This document shows, piece after piece, positions 15,678 through 24,815 of a stretch of 33,870 nucleotides of DNA. Position numbers and translations under genes: made by a program. Positions within the stretch are counted from its first letter, which is position 1, and each line of letters starts with the position of its first letter. The stretch lies in the sequence record SRR20825006_771; one strand, 5' to 3'. The notes under the pieces were generated by a model, which was not told the DNA's origin, made no database searches, and saw only the letters and a list, made by a program, of their open reading frames with translations.

Positions 15678-17318
15678 TTATGCGGTACTCTTCACGAGGC
15701 CCGCGTTTTTCAAGACCGATTTCATCGGCCCTAAATGCTGTTCAAATTCTTTCCAGCGCCCCACTGACCGCGTGTGCACCCGCTCACGCACCTGCGCAGC
15801 GCTCGCCGTTGTCACGGCTGCTTTCTGGTCATGGAAGTTCAGGCAAGCGTCCTGCCAATCAAGGCCAAGAAAGTCTATTATCTTTCGGGCGTTGGGCTCC
15901 AGATCGGCCACCGTATCTTCATACACAACGTCCAGCATGCGTGATCCTACAACCTCGCGCCAACGGTCCATCAGCTTGCGGTAGCGCACATGATGGCGGG
16001 CCATTTCTTCCTGATCGTAGGAATGATAATAAGCTTCAGCGAACAATTGTTTGTAACTCGCGAAACAGCTGTCAATGGGGTCACGCACAATGTGGATGAT
16101 TTTGGCATTTGGCAACGCCGCAGCAATCAGTGGCACATAAAGATAGTTCACCGGCAGCTTATCAACAAAATGAGCGCTCGAGCCCCGCACAGCTTTCGTG
16201 GTTTCAAGGTACAACTGCCCAAGCGCTTTCATGTCATCGCCCGCGATTTTCCGGACGATCTCAGCTGTCATCGGACGCGGGGAGCTGGTTTCGCTAACCC
16301 GTTTCATTGCCATGGAAAACTGCTGCAATTCCCCTGCGGATTCGACCTCAGAATGCGCCGTGATAATGCGCTCAATAAGCGTGGTGCCTGTGCGCGGTTG
16401 CCCAACCACAAAAATAGGTGCTGGGTCGTCATGCCCGCTATTTTGGGCCGCAAACCACGCCGGTGTCAGCACGGTTTCCAGCGTCTCAAACAGGCCGCGT
16501 TCTTCCGCCTCATCAAACCTGACGTGGCCCCGGCGGGCTTTTGCGCCGGTCTCATAAGCAGAGAATGCTTCGTCCCACGCGCCCAGATCTTCAAACTCTT
16601 TGCCGATTGCATAGTGAAGGAACGACGCATCCGGGTGGTCTGAGGGCATACGCGCGGCAATCTCCTGCATCTCGCTTAGGTGCGTATCGTCAGACACCGC
16701 CTCAAGGCGGGAAACCATCCAGTGAGCGATCGCGGCATCGGGCTTTTCTTTCAGCACAGCCTCAAGCGCTTCCCGCGCTTCATCAAGCCGCCCCAGAAAG
16801 GTCAGTGCCTTGGCACGACTGAGATCAAAGAAGGACGACTTGGCCGCGGCTTTCGCCATATCAAACCAGCGTAGAGCTTCAATCTGGTCCCCCAACAGGC
16901 TATGTACGTTACCGATAACGTCCAGCACCAGCGGGTCTTCAGGTCTGCTCGCCATAGCGTTCTGTAACGCTTTTTCTGCCAGGTTATATTGCCCCATGGT
17001 GACACAACAGCGAGCAAGCTGCGCCCACCCTGCGCCGTGGTTCTCATCAATGCTGACAACGTTGCGGAATGCGCGCTTGGCCGTCGCCCAATCGCCACTT
17101 TCAATGCCGATCAAACCAACAAGGAAATGCGCCTCCTTGGCATCGGGAAAATGCTTGAGCACAAGGCTGCAACACCCACCAGCTTCGTTGAAGTCGCCGC
17201 GCTGCATGGCTTTGTAGCCGCGCGCCAGGAAACCCGATGCTTGCGCGGGCGTCATTTTGGGCGAACCGCCTTGGGCGGGCCTGCTGTTTCTGCCAGATAT
17301 GTTGCCTGTCAGTGCCAT
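15678..17318 (-). CDS. Tetratricopeptide-repeat (TPR) sulfotransferase-family protein
   Basis: N-terminal TPR helices; PAPS-binding 5'-PSB motif IFVVGQPRTGTTL and 3'-PB motif IVRDPIDSCFAS; FVDKLPVNY and TASAAQVR; ATG 1 nt after the upstream stop. Confidence 0.9.
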   Translation of the reverse strand: MALTGNISGRNSRPAQGGSPKMTPAQASGFLARGYKAMQRGDFNEAGGCCSLVLKHFPDAKEAHFLVGLIGIESGDWATAKRAFRNVVSIDENHGAGWAQLARCCVTMGQYNLAEKALQNAMASRPEDPLVLDVIGNVHSLLGDQIEALRWFDMAKAAAKSSFFDLSRAKALTFLGRLDEAREALEAVLKEKPDAAIAHWMVSRLEAVSDDTHLSEMQEIAARMPSDHPDASFLHYAIGKEFEDLGAWDEAFSAYETGAKARRGHVRFDEAEERGLFETLETVLTPAWFAAQNSGHDDPAPIFVVGQPRTGTTLIERIITAHSEVESAGELQQFSMAMKRVSETSSPRPMTAEIVRKIAGDDMKALGQLYLETTKAVRGSSAHFVDKLPVNYLYVPLIAAALPNAKIIHIVRDPIDSCFASYKQLFAEAYYHSYDQEEMARHHVRYRKLMDRWREVVGSRMLDVVYEDTVADLEPNARKIIDFLGLDWQDACLNFHDQKAAVTTASAAQVRERVHTRSVGRWKEFEQHLGPMKSVLKNAGLVKSTA

Positions 17319-17319
17319 G

Positions 17320-18636
17320 CTAGCGCCCTATCGCATCCTTCATTCTATAATAAGCCATGCCAATCGCCAACATAGGCTGCCGGAACAACTGCCCCCCCGG
17401 GAACGGCGGGTGTTTAACGTTCGCCATAATATCAAACCTGCTGGTGTCGCCCTCAATCGCTTCTGAAATCAGCCGTGCAGACATATGGGTTGGAGCCACG
17501 CCATGGCCTGAATAGGCCTGCGCGTAATAGATATTGTCCCCTACCCGCCCAACCTGCGGGATACGGTTAAGGCCAATTCCCATATAACCACCCCACGCAT
17601 GATCAATGCGTACATTCTCAAGTTCAGGGAAAACCTTGAGCATATTGGGCAGCACAGCCGCCACGATGTCGCGCGGATGTTTGCCGGAATAGGTGGCAAG
17701 CCCACCAAACAGCATGCGCCTGTCTGGCGTCAGGCGGAAATAATCCAAGGCCCAACGCTGGTCACACGCGGCAAAGCCTCGCGGCATGATCTTGTTCGCG
17801 AGCGCCTCATCAAGTGGCTCGGTCGCTACGATATAGCTGCCCGCAGGCAAAACACGTGACGCCAACTTGGGCACAAGTTTGCCAAGGTAGGCACCGCCCG
17901 CCAGTACCACCTTGTTTGCGGTCACACGGCAGTGGTCCATATCCACAACAACGCTGTCATCGCGGATATCAAGTTTGCTGACCCGCGCGTCTTCAAAAAT
18001 ACGAGCACCCAAACGCTCTGCGGCCCGCGCCTCACCAATAACAAGGTTGAGCACATGGCAATGTCCCCAACCCATATTGGTAACGCCGCCGATATAGCGG
18101 TCCGAGCCGACATAGGTCTTAACCTCGTCCGCATTCAGAAGCTTTTGTTCGTGCGGATAGCCGCGCGCCTGCAACGCATCCATCGATTTCTTGAGGTCGT
18201 CGATCTCGCTCTCTTTCATCGCGAGGTCGACATATCCCCACCTCAGGTCACAATCGATGCTGTATTTCTTGACCCATTCTGAAATGATGTCGACACATTC
18301 AACACCCATTTTCCAGACAGCGTCAGCATTCCCTGCCCCGAAAGAGTTTTCGATTTTGGAGAAGTCCGAGAGCGCTTGCCCGTATCCGCCAATAACCTGG
18401 CCACCATTACGGCCCGAAGCGCCCCAACCAATGCGGTTCTGTTCAACAAGCGCAACCTCATAGCCCTTTTCAGCCAGATGAAGCGCTGTGGCAACACCCG
18501 TAAAGCCGCCACCAACGATGCAAACATCAACCTTTATGTTGCCTTCGAGCCGCTTGAAGCCAGACAGGTCGTTACAGGTCGCCGTATAATATGAATCTGG
18601 CAACCGATCGTCATGTATGGAATCCCGAACCCGCAT
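17320..18636 (-). CDS. puuB: FAD-dependent gamma-glutamylpolyamine oxidoreductase (PuuB/PauB-like), copy 1
   Basis: SYYTAT, VGGGFTG dinucleotide fold, GASGRNGGQ, LDYFRLTPD, AYSGHGV and PPFPGG motifs; pathway context. Confidence 0.85.
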   Translation of the reverse strand: MRVRDSIHDDRLPDSYYTATCNDLSGFKRLEGNIKVDVCIVGGGFTGVATALHLAEKGYEVALVEQNRIGWGASGRNGGQVIGGYGQALSDFSKIENSFGAGNADAVWKMGVECVDIISEWVKKYSIDCDLRWGYVDLAMKESEIDDLKKSMDALQARGYPHEQKLLNADEVKTYVGSDRYIGGVTNMGWGHCHVLNLVIGEARAAERLGARIFEDARVSKLDIRDDSVVVDMDHCRVTANKVVLAGGAYLGKLVPKLASRVLPAGSYIVATEPLDEALANKIMPRGFAACDQRWALDYFRLTPDRRMLFGGLATYSGKHPRDIVAAVLPNMLKVFPELENVRIDHAWGGYMGIGLNRIPQVGRVGDNIYYAQAYSGHGVAPTHMSARLISEAIEGDTSRFDIMANVKHPPFPGGQLFRQPMLAIGMAYYRMKDAIGR

Positions 18637-18651
18637 AAGGCCTTAGTGCTC

Positions 18652-20007
18652 CTATATCACTCTTAGGTATTGCTCATAGTCCCATTGGCTAACCTGCCTG
18701 TGGCACTCTTCTTCCTCTGCGCGACGCACCAGTAAATAGAGGTCGACAAAATCGTCACCCAGATAGCTGCGCATTACCTTGCTAACGTCGAGCCGGTCAA
18801 GCGCTATGCGCCACCGCGGCGGCAAAACATTGTCAAACTCAACAGCATCAAACTCGCCAAGTTCAGGCCCGGGGTCACTTTCGTGAGTAAGCCCATAATG
18901 CGCGCCTGCCAAAATAGCAGCAACAACCAAATGAGGACACACATCAGCGCCGCATACCCGGTGTTCAAACCGCCTGTTTTTAGCATTGGAAAGCGGGAGA
19001 CGTACCGACAGGCGGCGGTTGTTCTCGCCCCAGTTTGGCACTACGGGTGCAAACCATTCAGGGTCAAAGCGCCTGAAACTGTTGGCATTTGGCGCAAAAA
19101 ACGCGGTTGCGCCCGGCATGGTTTTAATCAGGCCACCAATCGCATTCTGTAGCGTTGTTTCGCCGCCATCCTCTTTCCCGAAGATATTCATGTCATCCTT
19201 ATCGAGAATGCTGACATGCGCGTGAAGGCCATTACCAACTTCATCAAACAACGGTTTGGCCATAAAACTCGCGAGCAGCCCATGCTTCAACGCCACCGAT
19301 TTTACAACACGCTTGAGCGCCAGTGCGTCATCGCAGGCACGCTCAACATCATCCGTATGCTGAAGGTTTACCTCAAACTGGCCGTTACCATATTCACAAA
19401 CCAACCCGATCACGTCGAGGCCTTGTGCCGTGCACGCATCCTCGATCTCGCGCATCAATGTCTCAAAATCAGAGAAGACATCCATATTATAGCAGTTTGC
19501 GCCACTCGCGGCTGACATACCATTGGGCGGCGACACGGGAACCGGCGGTATAGACCCTGCCTCAAAGAGGAAAAATTCATACTCCAGCGCCACAACCGGC
19601 CGAAGGCCATCCTGCTTGAACTTATCCAGAACCCGCCCAAGCACAGCGCGCGGGTCCATAAAAAACGGTGTGCCGTCGCTGTTCTGCATTGTCACCATGA
19701 CCTGTGCAGTTTTGCGCTCTGTCCACGGCACCAGCTTGAGTGAACCAGGCACAGGCATGCAAATACGGTCCGGATCGCTACCGTATTCTTCCAGAATACT
19801 GTCGGCGCTCGCACCATTTGTTGTTAGAAAAGGCACCGTAATGGGGAACGGCACCCCATTTTTTGCCAGTTTCTTCAAACCGCTCGCAGGCATTTGTTTG
19901 CCACGAAAAATACCGTTCATGTCGGCGATCAACACCTCGACAATCTCAAGATCAGGGTGTTGCTCCAGAAAGCTGGAAATCTCTTCATCAACCGACATAT
20001 GCGCCAC
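18652..20007 (-). CDS. puuA: Glutamine synthetase-like gamma-glutamylpolyamine synthetase (PuuA/PauA-like), copy 1
   Basis: DMNGIFRGK, LEYEFFL, EYGNGQFEVN, SFMAKP, GLHAHVS and RFEHRVCGAD motifs; start GTG 20007 or ATG 19998. Confidence 0.85.
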   Translation of the reverse strand: MAHMSVDEEISSFLEQHPDLEIVEVLIADMNGIFRGKQMPASGLKKLAKNGVPFPITVPFLTTNGASADSILEEYGSDPDRICMPVPGSLKLVPWTERKTAQVMVTMQNSDGTPFFMDPRAVLGRVLDKFKQDGLRPVVALEYEFFLFEAGSIPPVPVSPPNGMSAASGANCYNMDVFSDFETLMREIEDACTAQGLDVIGLVCEYGNGQFEVNLQHTDDVERACDDALALKRVVKSVALKHGLLASFMAKPLFDEVGNGLHAHVSILDKDDMNIFGKEDGGETTLQNAIGGLIKTMPGATAFFAPNANSFRRFDPEWFAPVVPNWGENNRRLSVRLPLSNAKNRRFEHRVCGADVCPHLVVAAILAGAHYGLTHESDPGPELGEFDAVEFDNVLPPRWRIALDRLDVSKVMRSYLGDDFVDLYLLVRRAEEEECHRQVSQWDYEQYLRVI

Positions 20008-20019
20008 GCGCTCCTTAAA

Positions 20020-21474
20020 CTATAAACCGGCCATGCAGAGATATTTCATCTCTACATAGTCCTCTATGCCGTACTTAGAGCCTTCACGACCCAAGCCTGA
20101 CTGTTTCACACCACCAAATGGTGCCACCTCTGTTGACAGGATACCGGTGTTGATGCCGACCATGCCGTATTCAAGTGCTTCTGCGACACGCCATACCCGC
20201 GCGAGGTCCCGCGCATAAAAATATGACGCAAGGCCAAACTCAGTGTCGTTAGCTTGCGCGATTACATCTGCTTCCGTCTCAAAACGGAAGACAGGCGCCA
20301 CCGGCCCGAAGGTTTCCTCGCGCGCCACTTTCATGTCTTTGGTTACGTTCTTAATGAGCGTCGGCTCAAAGAAGCTGCCGCCAAGACTGTGCCGCTTGCC
20401 GCCGGTTACCAGCTCACCGCCCTTTGAAAGGGCGTCTGCGATATGTTCTTCGACCTTTTCAATGGCTTCGTCATTGATCAGCGGGCCCTGAACAACGCCG
20501 TCGTCGGCACCGTCGCCCACCTTCATCTCAAGGACCTTGGCCGCCAGCTTTTCAACAAAGGTGTCGTAAACTCCGCTCTGTACGTACAGGCGGTTAGCAC
20601 ACACACAGGTCTGGCCCGAGTTTCGGTATTTGGATGCCATGGCACCGTCAACGGCGGCATCAATATCCGCGTCGTCAAACACGATAAAGGGTGCGTTGCC
20701 GCCAAGCTCAAGGGAAACCTTTTTGATATCGTCCGAGCATTGCCGCATCAGAATGCGCCCAACCTCGGTCGACCCCGTGAACGTAAGCTTGCGTACCGTC
20801 TGGTTTGCACAAAGTTCACCGCCGATATCGCGTGATTTGGTGCCCACAACAATGTTCAGCACACCTTTCGGAACGCCAGCGCGCTCAGCCAACTCCGCAA
20901 GCGCAAGAGCTGACAGAGGCGTCTCTGCGGCAGGCTTGACCACCACAGCGCAGCCAACAGCAAGTGCAGGGGCTACCTTGCGGGTAATCATCGCATTGGG
21001 GAAGTTCCACGGTGTGATGGCACCAACAACGCCGATAGGCTGCTTGATCACCATAATTCGGCGGTCGCCCTGCGGTGCCGGAATCACATCACCGTAAAGG
21101 CGCTTACCCTCTTCGGCGAACCACTCAATAAAACTTGCACCGTATGCGATCTCGCCGCGCGCCTCAGCCAGCGGCTTACCCATTTCGGCGGTCAAAATCT
21201 GCGCGAGATCCTCTTGAGCTTCCATGATTAGCCGGAACCAGCGCTGCAATACTGCTGAGCGTTCTTTGGCGGTAACTGCGCGCCAGGCTTTAAAAGCCTC
21301 TTCGCCCGCACAAATGGCGGCCCGCGTCTCATCCGCCCCCATATTGGGTAGCGTGGCCAGCGTTTCGCCAGTTGCCGGGTTGCGCACATCAAACCTCTCG
21401 CCTGAGTCTGCATCAACCCAGGCACCACCAACATAGCCGCGCGCTTTCAACAGCGCCTGATCATTCAACTTCAT
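20020..21474 (-). CDS. gabD: NAD(P)-dependent succinate-semialdehyde dehydrogenase
   Basis: ITPWNFPNAMITRK, LELGGNAPFIVF, SKYRNSGQTCVC, EETFGP and GVKQSGLGREGSKYG motifs. Confidence 0.95.
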   Translation of the reverse strand: MKLNDQALLKARGYVGGAWVDADSGERFDVRNPATGETLATLPNMGADETRAAICAGEEAFKAWRAVTAKERSAVLQRWFRLIMEAQEDLAQILTAEMGKPLAEARGEIAYGASFIEWFAEEGKRLYGDVIPAPQGDRRIMVIKQPIGVVGAITPWNFPNAMITRKVAPALAVGCAVVVKPAAETPLSALALAELAERAGVPKGVLNIVVGTKSRDIGGELCANQTVRKLTFTGSTEVGRILMRQCSDDIKKVSLELGGNAPFIVFDDADIDAAVDGAMASKYRNSGQTCVCANRLYVQSGVYDTFVEKLAAKVLEMKVGDGADDGVVQGPLINDEAIEKVEEHIADALSKGGELVTGGKRHSLGGSFFEPTLIKNVTKDMKVAREETFGPVAPVFRFETEADVIAQANDTEFGLASYFYARDLARVWRVAEALEYGMVGINTGILSTEVAPFGGVKQSGLGREGSKYGIEDYVEMKYLCMAGL

Positions 21475-21588
21475 GATAATCCCCTACACCCGCACATACC
21501 TGCAAAACAGGCGGCGCTACCTCCAATAACGATACAAGACTTAAGACAATACGCGTTCCCGCCAAGGGAGGTAGCCCCCGCGAAGTGA

Positions 21589-21621
21589 ATTAATGTGATC
21601 ACAATAATTCTGTACTGTCAA
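21589..21621 (-). promoter_or_regulatory. Putative sigma70 promoter for the gabD arm with an overlapping palindromic operator
   Basis: Minus-strand TTGACA (21621-21616), then a -10 region lying inside ATTAATGTGATCACAATAAT (21589-21608; 9 of 10 pairs symmetric). Confidence 0.6.
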
Positions 21622-21729
21622 CACAGCCGCATCATTTTTTCCGCTCCGAAACCGAAGTTTGTGGCGAAAATCGGGGATTTGCCATATAAATAGTGCAACA
21701 ACACGCCATTTCAGCTCTCGCTTTATCGC

Positions 21730-21771
21730 TTGACCGACTTGGAAAAATGTGATCACTTTATTCATGAATAA
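21730..21771 (+). promoter_or_regulatory. Putative sigma70 promoter for the puuB2 arm with a second operator copy
   Basis: TTGACC (21730-21735) with TGTGATCACT (21748-21757) at the same spacing as the leftward promoter; followed by the perfect 14-bp palindrome TTATTCATGAATAA (21758-21771). Confidence 0.6.
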
Positions 21772-21819
21772 CGGCCACTGACTTCACAGCGACCGATTTG
21801 TTTGCAAGGTGTAATTTTG

Positions 21820-23106
21820 ATGCAACAGATTGAACATACCGGGTCTTACTACGCGGCAACAGCCAATGGTGCACCTGCGCGCCCTGCCCTAAGCGGCGAT
21901 ATCGAAACCGATATCTGCATAGTAGGCGCGGGCTTTACAGGCATCGTCACTGGCCTCACGCTGGCAGAGCTTGGCTATAAGGTTGTGGTTCTCGAAGGCG
22001 CCAGGGTTGGCTGGGGTGCTTCGGGCCGCAACGGCGGCCAGATCATCAACGGTTTCAGCCGCGAGATCGACTATATTGAAAAGACCGTGGGCCGCGAAGG
22101 CGCGCTTGCGCTGGCCTCTCTGGCACTTGAAGGCGGTAACGTGATCCGCGAGAACGCCAAGAAATACAATATCGATTGCGGTCTCAAGCACGGCTCAGTC
22201 CTCACCGCTTATACCGAGCGGCAGATGAAAGATATCGCCGAGACGATTGAGCTTTGGAAGCCGCTTGGGCGTGATGGCATCGACCTTCTCGACAAGGCCG
22301 ATGTGCGCGACCATGTTGGCACAGACAAATATATCGGTGGTTGGCTCGATCATAATGGCGGCCATATTCACCCGCTCAACCTCGTGTTGGGCGAAGCGGC
22401 AGCCGCAGAAGCCGCTGGCGCCAGGATATATGAGCAAACACGCGTCACCCGCGTTGACCATCATCTGGATACCCCCGTGGTGCACACGGAAAGCGGCTCG
22501 GTTACAGCCCGGTATGTTGTGCTTGCAGGCAATGCCTATCTCGGTAAAACCGTGAAAGAGCTCTACCCCAAAATCCTGCCTGCGAGCACACAGATCATTG
22601 TGACCGAGCCGCTTTCCGATTCCATGGCGAAGGATATCCTGCCAACAGACATGTGTGTGGAAGATGCCAACTATGTGCTCGACTATTTCCGCCTGACGGC
22701 TGACAAGCGCCTGCTGTTTGGTGGCGGCACAGTCTATGGCGGTGAAGATGTAGAGGACGTGGAAAAAGCGCTGCGCCCCAATATGGAACGCCTCTTCCCC
22801 GCAACTAAAGATGTGAAGGTGGAATTTGGCTGGCAAGGCAACATTGCACTTACCTGGTCACGCCTGCCCCACGTGGGGCGTCTTGGCAAAGGCACGTATT
22901 TTGCGCATGGTTATAGCGGCCATGGTGTGACAAGCTCACACATGATGGGACGCCTTGTTGGGGCTGCCGTTCATGGCGATGCCAGCTTGTTTGATGTGTT
23001 TGCTGGCATGCCAGCACGCAGCTTCCCGGGCGGCCAGATGTTGAGTGTACCGCTTAGCACGATCGGGTGCTGGTGGTATTCCATGCGTGACAAATTGGGC
23101 GTCTAG
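21820..23106 (+). CDS. puuB: FAD-dependent gamma-glutamylputrescine oxidoreductase (PuuB-like), copy 2
   Basis: HTGSYYAATAN, VGAGFTG, GASGRNGGQ, GHIHPLNL, LDYFRLTAD and GYSGHGV motifs. Confidence 0.88.
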   Translation: MQQIEHTGSYYAATANGAPARPALSGDIETDICIVGAGFTGIVTGLTLAELGYKVVVLEGARVGWGASGRNGGQIINGFSREIDYIEKTVGREGALALASLALEGGNVIRENAKKYNIDCGLKHGSVLTAYTERQMKDIAETIELWKPLGRDGIDLLDKADVRDHVGTDKYIGGWLDHNGGHIHPLNLVLGEAAAAEAAGARIYEQTRVTRVDHHLDTPVVHTESGSVTARYVVLAGNAYLGKTVKELYPKILPASTQIIVTEPLSDSMAKDILPTDMCVEDANYVLDYFRLTADKRLLFGGGTVYGGEDVEDVEKALRPNMERLFPATKDVKVEFGWQGNIALTWSRLPHVGRLGKGTYFAHGYSGHGVTSSHMMGRLVGAAVHGDASLFDVFAGMPARSFPGGQMLSVPLSTIGCWWYSMRDKLGV

Positions 23107-23139
23107 CAGCAAAGCGCTACTGGATACGGGGGATTAAGA

Positions 23140-24000
23140 GTGACTACAGAGCGACGTATATTGGGATTAAAGCCCGAAACACTTTTTCAAGTGTTCAAAT
23201 ATTCAATCTATACGCTGATATTCATCAATCTGATCTATTTCCTCCGCGAGGAATATGTCGCGCTGGCCGCCCGCTTCCCTGACGGCATTGGTTTTCGGCA
23301 CGCATTTGATGCTTTCTCTCAGTCGACTGACTCGTTTGCCTGGCTTGTGTTGCTTCTTATCTTTGAGCTGCAAACCTATATAATATCAGATGAAAAACTG
23401 AAGGGGGTCTTGAAGTGGACACTCAACCTGATGGCTGGCGTCTGCTATATCCTGATCCTTCAGGCCTTGATGGGTTACATCAACCATATGGAGGTCATAT
23501 ACAGTTTTGTGCCCCATATGCGTGGCGCTGCCTGTGATGCTGTTGGCACCGTATCCAGCTTCGCGGTTGACCTTTATGAGTTTCCTGAGCTGACGGCTGA
23601 GAACTGCGGCCTACTCACTCCAGGCGCCACCTTCTTCAACGAACCCCTTAACGCATTCACAACTGCAGAACTGCTGCCTTACCTCGAAAATCTGGCGCTA
23701 ACAGACGTGGTTAATGCGGGAACATGGGTCTTGATCGTTGTCGTGCTCTGGATCGATATTTTCCTGCAGCTCCGCGGTGAGTTGACAGAAAAGCTCTATA
23801 AATGGAACGGCGTGTTGAAGGCGGTACTTTATGCCACCCTCATCGCCTGCTGCAGCTACTGGGCATGGCTTGGTGATCTTATGGGGTTCTGGGACGCGCT
23901 CCTCTGGATTGTGGCCTTCTTCTTCATCGAGATGAATCTCTTCAAGTGGCACGAAGCAGTACCCGCAGATGCCGACGAAGAAGAAACCCAGAAAACTTAA
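23140..24000 (+). CDS. Uncharacterised integral membrane protein (about 6 TM, three internal repeats)
   Basis: GTG start after GGGGG RBS; six hydrophobic segments; sits tightly between puuB and puuD. Confidence 0.85.
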   Translation: MTTERRILGLKPETLFQVFKYSIYTLIFINLIYFLREEYVALAARFPDGIGFRHAFDAFSQSTDSFAWLVLLLIFELQTYIISDEKLKGVLKWTLNLMAGVCYILILQALMGYINHMEVIYSFVPHMRGAACDAVGTVSSFAVDLYEFPELTAENCGLLTPGATFFNEPLNAFTTAELLPYLENLALTDVVNAGTWVLIVVVLWIDIFLQLRGELTEKLYKWNGVLKAVLYATLIACCSYWAWLGDLMGFWDALLWIVAFFFIEMNLFKWHEAVPADADEEETQKT

Positions 24001-24012
24001 GAAGTTAAGATT

Positions 24013-24759
24013 ATGACGAAACCTATTGTAGCCATCGTTTGTGACACGACCCAGCAAGGCCCCCACCGCTATCATCAGGTGGGTGATAAATACATCCAGG
24101 CGCTGGTGCGCTGCGCAGATGTGACACCTGTGCTGGTCCCCGCACTTGACGAGCCAATTGCAGCGGCTGCGATCCTTGATCTTGCGGACGGCGTGCTGTT
24201 CACAGGTGGTTATAGCAATATCCAGCGTCACCACTATGGTGATATCCCGGCCCCTGAAGGCGAACATGAAGACCCCTCAAGGGACAAGAACACCCTGCCC
24301 CTTGTGCGTGCCGTGATTGAGGCAGGCTGGCCCATGCTGGGCATCTGCCGCGGCCTGCAAGAATTGAACGTATCGCTTGGCGGCACGCTCTACCCCCGTG
24401 TGCATGAAATTGAAGGCCGGATGGACCACAGGGAAAACAAAAACGACCCCGTTGAGGTGCAGTATGGCCCGGCACACAGCGTGACGGTTAAAACCGGCGG
24501 CCTCTTGCACAAGATCGTTGGCGAACAGGAATTCATGGTCAACACGGTGCACGGCCAAGCTGTCCGCGACCTCGCGCCCGGCTTGACGGTTGAGGCGACT
24601 GCGCCTGACAGCACGATCGAGGCCGTATCGGTCGACAGTGCAACAAATTTCGCCCTTGCTGTGCAATGGCACCCGGAATGGAAAGCGTGGGAGAACACGC
24701 AATCCGCAAAGATTTTTGAAGCGTTCGGCAACGCCGTGCGCGCAACACAAAGGGCCTAG
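24013..24759 (+). CDS. puuD: Gamma-glutamyl-gamma-aminobutyrate hydrolase (peptidase C26)
   Basis: LFTGGYSNI, LGICRGLQELNV (catalytic Cys), VNTVHGQA and AVQWHPEW (His-Glu) motifs. Confidence 0.92.
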   Translation: MTKPIVAIVCDTTQQGPHRYHQVGDKYIQALVRCADVTPVLVPALDEPIAAAAILDLADGVLFTGGYSNIQRHHYGDIPAPEGEHEDPSRDKNTLPLVRAVIEAGWPMLGICRGLQELNVSLGGTLYPRVHEIEGRMDHRENKNDPVEVQYGPAHSVTVKTGGLLHKIVGEQEFMVNTVHGQAVRDLAPGLTVEATAPDSTIEAVSVDSATNFALAVQWHPEWKAWENTQSAKIFEAFGNAVRATQRA

Positions 24760-24815
24760 AGCCCAAACCTTGAGAGAAGGACAGGACCTAGCAATGGGGC
24801 CTGCATTGGTGATCC

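Noticed and set aside
21471-21497. 8-codon uORF (MCGCRGLS) whose stop overlaps the gabD ATG
   Set aside because: No properly spaced RBS (GGAGG is over 20 nt away) and gabD has its own AGGGG; likely chance
21594-21603. TGTGA/TCACA read as a CRP/FNR site
   Set aside because: Half-sites abut directly; CRP needs TGTGA-N6-TCACA and FNR needs TTGAT-N4-ATCAA
21541-21765. 74-aa minus-strand ORF in the divergent intergenic region
   Set aside because: Overlaps both predicted promoters and operators; no recognisable features
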